A stretch of DNA of 64,000 bases from an uncultured delta proteobacterium. Its GTDB lineage: Bacteria > Myxococcota_A > Polyangia > Palsa-1104. The translations under genes and the position numbers were made by a program. The stretch covers positions 32,001 to 96,000 of the forward strand of contig CAWAWS010000016.1 of the NCBI GenBank assembly GCA_963785725.1, read 5' to 3'. The notes under the pieces were generated by a model. It was not told where the DNA came from, did not search any database, and saw only the letters and a program-made list of their open reading frames with translations. The first letter of the stretch is position 1. Each line of letters begins with the position of its first letter. Positions 57,851 through 64,000 of the stretch are shown here, piece by piece.

Positions 57851-57902
57851 CTGACCGCCGGTCAGCGTTTGAAACCGTAATGCAGCGGCGCGTCATGGTC
57901 AA
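57851..57902 (-). promoter_or_regulatory. Sigma70-type promoter for fadN-fadA with downstream palindromic operator
   Basis: TTGACC-17-TACGGT followed by CTGACC-GGC-GGTCAG at 57851-57865. Confidence 0.6.
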
Positions 57903-57936
57903 CAGCGCTGGCACGCCGGATGCTCAAGGAAGCGCC

Positions 57937-58338
57937 GTGGGTGACCTAAAACAGATGCGATTCGAAACGCGACAGGTGGTTCGGTATCACGTGCTCGAGC
58001 TGCAAGGCGACACGCTGCAGATGGCGCGCATCGGGACGACGCTGGCCAGCGACATCTCGCTGAGCGGCCTGTTCCTCTCGCACACGAAGCTCGACCCTGG
58101 TCTACGTGTGCATTTTTACTTCGAATTGCCCGACGGCTACTTGGAGGCGGTGGGCAAGGTCGTGCACAACCAGCCGCGCATCGACTCGACCGGCGTGACG
58201 CGTCCGGGCTCGGGCGTGCGCTTCATCCGCATGACCGAAGGCGATCACGCGCGGCTGCAGACGTTCCTCGAAGGACGTCGGCCGAGTCTTCGATTTTCGG
58301 AGAACCGGGGCCAAATGACCCTAGCGGCTGGCGGCTAG
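57937..58338 (+). CDS. PilZ domain protein
   Basis: RFETR (RxxxR), DISLSG (DxSxxG), G.VV, GVRF; AAGGA RBS before GTG. Confidence 0.8.
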   Translation: MGDLKQMRFETRQVVRYHVLELQGDTLQMARIGTTLASDISLSGLFLSHTKLDPGLRVHFYFELPDGYLEAVGKVVHNQPRIDSTGVTRPGSGVRFIRMTEGDHARLQTFLEGRRPSLRFSENRGQMTLAAGG

Positions 58339-58367
58339 CTGAAGCCGAAAGCGCGAACGAAGCGGAG

Positions 58368-58706
58368 CTACTCTTCCTTCTTCTTGCGCTTGAACTTGGT
58401 GGCGTCGATTTTTTCCGACAGCTTCTCGAGACGCAGCTTGAGCGACGCGATCTCGCCGTCGATGGGCGCGCGCACGCGAGCGATGGTCGCCTTGACGCCG
58501 TCGTCGATCTTGCGCTCGAACTCTTCGCGGTTCTTCTTCACGCGGCTGATGAGCTCGGCGGCGAGGTTCGCGTCGGGCTGCAGGCCCAGCGACTCATAGA
58601 ACCGCTTCTGCACTTCCGACTCGGCGCTGTTGATGGCGCCGGTCAATGCGAACCAAGCCTCGCGCAACGCGATCAAGGGCGTGCGCTTTTCTTTGTCGTC
58701 GGCCAT
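58368..58706 (-). CDS. Small coiled-coil protein, phasin (PhaI/PhaF)-like
   Basis: Amphipathic helices, EIASLKLRLEKLSEKI, basic tail. Confidence 0.65.
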   Translation of the reverse strand: MADDKEKRTPLIALREAWFALTGAINSAESEVQKRFYESLGLQPDANLAAELISRVKKNREEFERKIDDGVKATIARVRAPIDGEIASLKLRLEKLSEKIDATKFKRKKKEE

Positions 58707-58713
58707 TCAATGC

Positions 58714-58911
58714 TCACTTACGCGGTGTGTCATGTGAAGTCAAGTCGGTCGTCGTCCGCGCGTCGACGCCGCCATCGGTCGTAAGAGGGCCGATCGCTTG
58801 AAACAGGTTGCCCATGGCCGTGCCGCACCGACGCTGCATGACCAACACGGCGACGAGGAGCGCTACCATCGTCATGATGGTGATGACCTGACGGATGGGA
58901 ATGTTACGCAT
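58714..58911 (-). CDS. Small single-TM protein
   Basis: Hydrophobic helix; start overlaps the recJ stop. Confidence 0.55.
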   Translation of the reverse strand: MRNIPIRQVITIMTMVALLVAVLVMQRRCGTAMGNLFQAIGPLTTDGGVDARTTTDLTSHDTPRK

Positions 58912-60727
58912 CGATCGCCGGCTCGATCGCGGTCGCGAGCGTCAAAGGGCTCGCATTTGTAAGCGGCAGCCGCGGCGAATCGCGCAGCTCGTCGTCATCG
59001 AGCGCGAGATCGCGCAGGCGGACGCGCACGCGACGCACGCCGCGCCACACGTCGACCTCGGGCACGAACGCGGCGCGCACGCGCGAGCCGCGGCCGGGAT
59101 CGCGCTCGGCGAACCAGAAGCCGATGCCGTCGCGCGCGTGCAGGCCGTCGCGCAAGGTGACCTGCAAGTGGCGCTCGCCGACGATGCGCGCGCGCTCGAG
59201 CGTGACGCCGCGCGCCGCCAACACCGGCTCGGGGTTGCCGATGCCGAAGGGCTCGAGGCGCGCCAATTCGTCGGCCAGCAGCTCGTCGATCTCGTCGAGG
59301 CCGACTTCGGCGTCGATGCCGAGATCGGTCGTGGGCGCGCGATCGCCGAAGGCTTCGCGCGCTGATTCGCTCAGGCGCCGGCGCAGCTCGGACAGGTGGC
59401 GCGCTTCGATCGTCATGCCGGCGGCGGCGGCGTGGCCACCGTGGCGAATGAAGAGCTCGGCGCAGCTGTCGAGCGCGCGGAAGAGGTGAAAGCCGGCGAT
59501 GGTGCGCGCCGAGCCGCGGCCGATGGCGGCGTCGCCGTCGCCGTCGAGCGCGATGACGACGGCCGGGCGGGCGAAGCGATCGACCAATTTCGCGGCCACG
59601 ATGCCGACGACGCCGGCGTGCCAGCCACTCGCGGCGACGACGAGCACGCCGTCGGGCTGCGTCTCGGCTTGCGCCATCGCCTCCGCTTGCACGCGCTCCG
59701 AGACGGCGCGGCGCTCCATGTTCGCGGCTTCGCAGACGGCGGCGCGCTCGGCGGCTTGCGTGTCGTTCTCGGCGAGCAGCAGATCGAGCGACGGCTGCGC
59801 GTCGCCGAGACGGCCGGGCGCGTTCAGCCGCGGCGCCAGCTTGAGCGCGATGTCGGACGCGCGCTGCACGCCGTCGACGAGGCCGCAGCTGCGCGCCAAC
59901 GCCGCCAAGCCCGGACGCGGCGCTTGCTTGAGCCGCAACATGCCGTGGTGCACGAGGATGCGGTTCTCGTCGGTGAGCGGCGCGAGATCGGCGATGGTTC
60001 CCACCGCCACGAGATCGACCAGCGCGCGCGGGTCGGGCAGCGTCGGCCAGCCGCGCTCGCGCAGCCGCGTCCGCAACGCCGCCGCCAAGTAGAACGCTAC
60101 GCCTACGGAGGCTAGGCCTTTGAACGGGAAGCGGCAGCTCGATTGATGCGGATTGATGAGCGCCCACGCTTCCGGATCGCGATCGGGCACTTGATGATGG
60201 TCGACGACGATGACGGCGATGTTGCGAGCGCGGGCGGCGGCGAGCGCCTCGTGATCGCTCGTGCCGCAGTCGCAGGTGACGACGACCGCACAGCCGCCGT
60301 CGGCGAACCAGTCGGCGTCGATGACGCCGAAGCCGTAGCCGTGGTCGCGTTTGGCGACGCGGGCCAGCACGCGGGCGCCGGCGTCGCGTAAGAAGCCGCC
60401 GAGCAGCGCGCAGCTGGTGACACCGTCGACGTCGTAGTCGCCGAAGACGCCGATGGTCTCGCGCGCGACGACGGCGTCGGCCAGGCGGCTGACGGCGGCG
60501 GCGAAGCCGGCCATCGGCGCGTCACCGTCGGGGCGGCGGAGCTCGGCCAGCTTCGGCGACAAAAAGCGGCGCGCACGCTCCGGGTCGTCGACGCCGCGGT
60601 TGAGGAGCAGCTGCGCCGTGACCGGCGAGATCTTCAGCGCGCGCGCCAAGGCCGTGGCGCGTCCGAGGTCGCCCGGCTGCAGCACCCAGCGCGTGTCGAC
60701 CATCGATGAAGGCATGATCGGCTGCAT
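58904..60727 (-). CDS. recJ: ssDNA-specific exonuclease RecJ
   Basis: GDYDVDG, DCG, DHH, PRLNAPGRL, GGHAAAAG, PFG.GNP. Start may be 60703. Confidence 0.96.
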   Translation of the reverse strand: MQPIMPSSMVDTRWVLQPGDLGRATALARALKISPVTAQLLLNRGVDDPERARRFLSPKLAELRRPDGDAPMAGFAAAVSRLADAVVARETIGVFGDYDVDGVTSCALLGGFLRDAGARVLARVAKRDHGYGFGVIDADWFADGGCAVVVTCDCGTSDHEALAAARARNIAVIVVDHHQVPDRDPEAWALINPHQSSCRFPFKGLASVGVAFYLAAALRTRLRERGWPTLPDPRALVDLVAVGTIADLAPLTDENRILVHHGMLRLKQAPRPGLAALARSCGLVDGVQRASDIALKLAPRLNAPGRLGDAQPSLDLLLAENDTQAAERAAVCEAANMERRAVSERVQAEAMAQAETQPDGVLVVAASGWHAGVVGIVAAKLVDRFARPAVVIALDGDGDAAIGRGSARTIAGFHLFRALDSCAELFIRHGGHAAAAGMTIEARHLSELRRRLSESAREAFGDRAPTTDLGIDAEVGLDEIDELLADELARLEPFGIGNPEPVLAARGVTLERARIVGERHLQVTLRDGLHARDGIGFWFAERDPGRGSRVRAAFVPEVDVWRGVRRVRVRLRDLALDDDELRDSPRLPLTNASPLTLATAIEPAIDA

Positions 60728-60833
60728 AGCGCGCCACCAGCATCGGATGGAATCTTGTGCTTCGCAAAATTTCGGAGAATCGATCGAGGCGGCGCACCGT
60801 CGAGAACGACGATGGCGGAGAAGTCAATCTAAG

Positions 60834-62069
<1,236 letters not shown>

Positions 62070-62077
62070 GGCGGGCC

Positions 62078-63898
62078 TCAGATCGAGAGCGTCGCCGCCT
62101 GGCGACGGTTGACGAGGAAGTCGAACATCGAGCGCGACAGCCAGATCGACGTGAACAGGTTGGCGACGATGCCGATCATCAGGGTGACGGCGAAGCCGCG
62201 GATCGGGCCGGTTCCGTAGGAGTACAACACGATACCGGCGAGCAAGTTGGTGACGTGCGCGTCGAAGACGGTCCAGAAGGCGCGATTGAAGCCGGACTCG
62301 ACGGCGCCGCGCGCCGACTTGCCGGCGCGAATCTCTTCGCGGATGCGCTCGTAGATGATGATGTTGGCGTCGACGGCCATACCGACCGTCAAGACGACGC
62401 CGGCGATGCCGGGCAGCGTCAAGGTCGCGCCGAGCAGCGCCAAGATCGCCAGCTGGTAGATGATGTTCATGATCATGGCGATGTCGGCGATGAAGCCGGC
62501 CATGCGGTAGTAGATGAGCATGAAGAGGATGACGACGATCGAGCCCACGGCCATCGCGAACTTGGCCTTCTCGACGGCGTCTTTGCCGAGCGTCGGGCCG
62601 ACCTGGGACTCGAACGTGCGCTTGAGCGGCGCCGGCAGCGCGCCGGTCTTCAAGACCGCGACGAGGTCCTTCGCCTCTTCCTGCAGCTGGAACGGATCGG
62701 AGTAGCCGCCCATCGTGATGCGCGCGCGGCCACCGCCGATGCGCCCTTCGATGACCGGCGCCGAGTTCACCTTCTCGTCGAGGATGATGGCCATCTTGCG
62801 ACCGATGTTGGCCGCCGTCGCCTTCTCGAACAGCTGCGCGCCCTGCTGGTCGAACTGCAGCGAGACCTCGGGACGACCGGTCTGCTGATCCCACGACACT
62901 TCGGGATCGATGATCGAGTCGCCGGTCAGATCGGCGCGGCGATGCAGGTAATACGTGCGCCAGCTCTTGTCGCCCGGCTTGCCGGCGGTGGCGTCGTCGT
63001 CCTCTTCGCGCGTCTCTTTCTGCTCGTAGCCGATCTCGTGATCGGCGGGCATCGCGTCATCGCCGGTCAGCGACGCGAAGAAGCGCATCAGCTCGCCGCG
63101 ATCCTTGTCGCGCAGGTAGACGTCGCCGTGCGGCTGGCCCGAATCCTTCTCGCTCCACTGGTCGCTGTGGACTTCGAGGCCGGGGAACTCCGTCTTCTTG
63201 GCGGTCGCGATGCCGGCGACCTTGCGCATGAAGTCGGAGCCGTCGTCGACCATCTTGAACTCGAGCTGCGCCGTGCGGCCGATCTGCTTCTTGACGCGCT
63301 CGAAGTCCTCGGGACGCAGGCCGGGCAGCTCGACGACGATGTCGGAGCCCTTGCGCGTGATGCTCGGCTCGGAGACGGCCATCGTGTCGACGCGGTTGCG
63401 GATGGTCTCGACGCCCTGGCGCACGGCGGAGTCGCGCTGCTCGTCGATGTAGTCCTGATCCATGCGCAGCTTGACTTCGCCGGCGGCGGCGTCGCGGGAG
63501 TCTTCGTAGAGCTCCTTGCGATAGTCCTTCAGGAACTCGCGATCGAGCTTCTTGGCGTCGTCGTGGTTCTTGAACTTGAGGACGATGACGTCGTTGCCGA
63601 CGCGGTCCGACGAGACGTCCTTGACCTTCTTGTCGCGCTGGAGGCGCTCCTCGATGTCGGACGCCAAGCGGTCGGCGCGGTCGCTGACGGCCTTGTCGAC
63701 CTGGACTTCGTAGACCAGGTGCAAGCCGCCCTGAAGGTCGAGGCCGAGCATGATCCGTTTCTGGATGTGCTTCTTCATCCAGCCGGGGATCTGATCGTCC
63801 TTGCCATACCAGGTGGCCACGGTCGGCGTGAGCACGACGACGGCGGCGACAGTGAGAAGCAGATACGTGATGACGCGATAGACCCAGGAACGGTCCAT
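62078..63898 (-). CDS. secD: Protein translocase subunit SecD
   Basis: LGLDLQGG, GALPA, TLPGIAG, GMAVDAN. Confidence 0.97.
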   Translation of the reverse strand: MDRSWVYRVITYLLLTVAAVVVLTPTVATWYGKDDQIPGWMKKHIQKRIMLGLDLQGGLHLVYEVQVDKAVSDRADRLASDIEERLQRDKKVKDVSSDRVGNDVIVLKFKNHDDAKKLDREFLKDYRKELYEDSRDAAAGEVKLRMDQDYIDEQRDSAVRQGVETIRNRVDTMAVSEPSITRKGSDIVVELPGLRPEDFERVKKQIGRTAQLEFKMVDDGSDFMRKVAGIATAKKTEFPGLEVHSDQWSEKDSGQPHGDVYLRDKDRGELMRFFASLTGDDAMPADHEIGYEQKETREEDDDATAGKPGDKSWRTYYLHRRADLTGDSIIDPEVSWDQQTGRPEVSLQFDQQGAQLFEKATAANIGRKMAIILDEKVNSAPVIEGRIGGGRARITMGGYSDPFQLQEEAKDLVAVLKTGALPAPLKRTFESQVGPTLGKDAVEKAKFAMAVGSIVVILFMLIYYRMAGFIADIAMIMNIIYQLAILALLGATLTLPGIAGVVLTVGMAVDANIIIYERIREEIRAGKSARGAVESGFNRAFWTVFDAHVTNLLAGIVLYSYGTGPIRGFAVTLMIGIVANLFTSIWLSRSMFDFLVNRRQAATLSI

Positions 63899-63913
63899 GA
63901 GACCCCTTGGTGG

Positions 63914-64000
63914 TTACTTCTTCTCGGTTTCGGAAGCTGCGGCCGACTTGCCGGCGCCGGGCGCCTTGCCGGTGACGGAAGAGCGGAGGACTTTGACGCG
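63914..64000 (-). CDS. yajC: C-terminus of preprotein translocase subunit YajC (partial)
   Basis: RVKVLRSSVTGK...EKK* immediately upstream of secD. Confidence 0.75.
   Translation of the reverse strand, partial: RVKVLRSSVTGKAPGAGKSAAASETEKK

Noticed and set aside
57769..57936. N-terminal extension of the PilZ ORF
   Set aside because: It overlaps the fadN promoter/operator, and an RBS-supported GTG at 57937 precedes the RxxxR motif.
58339..58367. GAAGC-rich intergenic stretch resembling the flanks of the palindromic element
   Set aside because: No stem or core match, and too short.

Overview
High-GC bacterial chromosomal segment, most consistent with Myxococcota (inferred from several Ser/Thr kinases, PilZ, HEAT and TPR proteins, and the style of NusA/IF2). 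It is mostly core genome on the minus strand: yajC(partial)-secD-secF-recJ, fadN-fadA, rimP-nusA-ylxR-infB-ylxP-rbfA-DHH-truB-rpsO-pnp-dut, purB-purC-purS-purQ-purL, yicC-gmk-rel, miaB-DUF151-vanZ-gammaCA and era-der, interspersed with signalling and envelope genes. I saw no rRNA, tRNA, CRISPR array, integrase or transposase. The most notable signals are: (1) a 95-bp palindromic element present twice (25828-25922, 30841-30935) whose 17-bp stem differs only by compensatory base-pair changes; (2) apparent pseudo-enzymes (a Had-like dehydrogenase lacking catalytic Zn ligands, and a pseudokinase-TM-FGE protein); (3) a DUF1054-like/KOW fusion; (4) recurring leaderless promoter architecture; (5) a candidate operator at the fad promoter; (6) +1 frameshifts in conserved genes that look like consensus artefacts. 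All calls are by eye from motifs; no searches were run.
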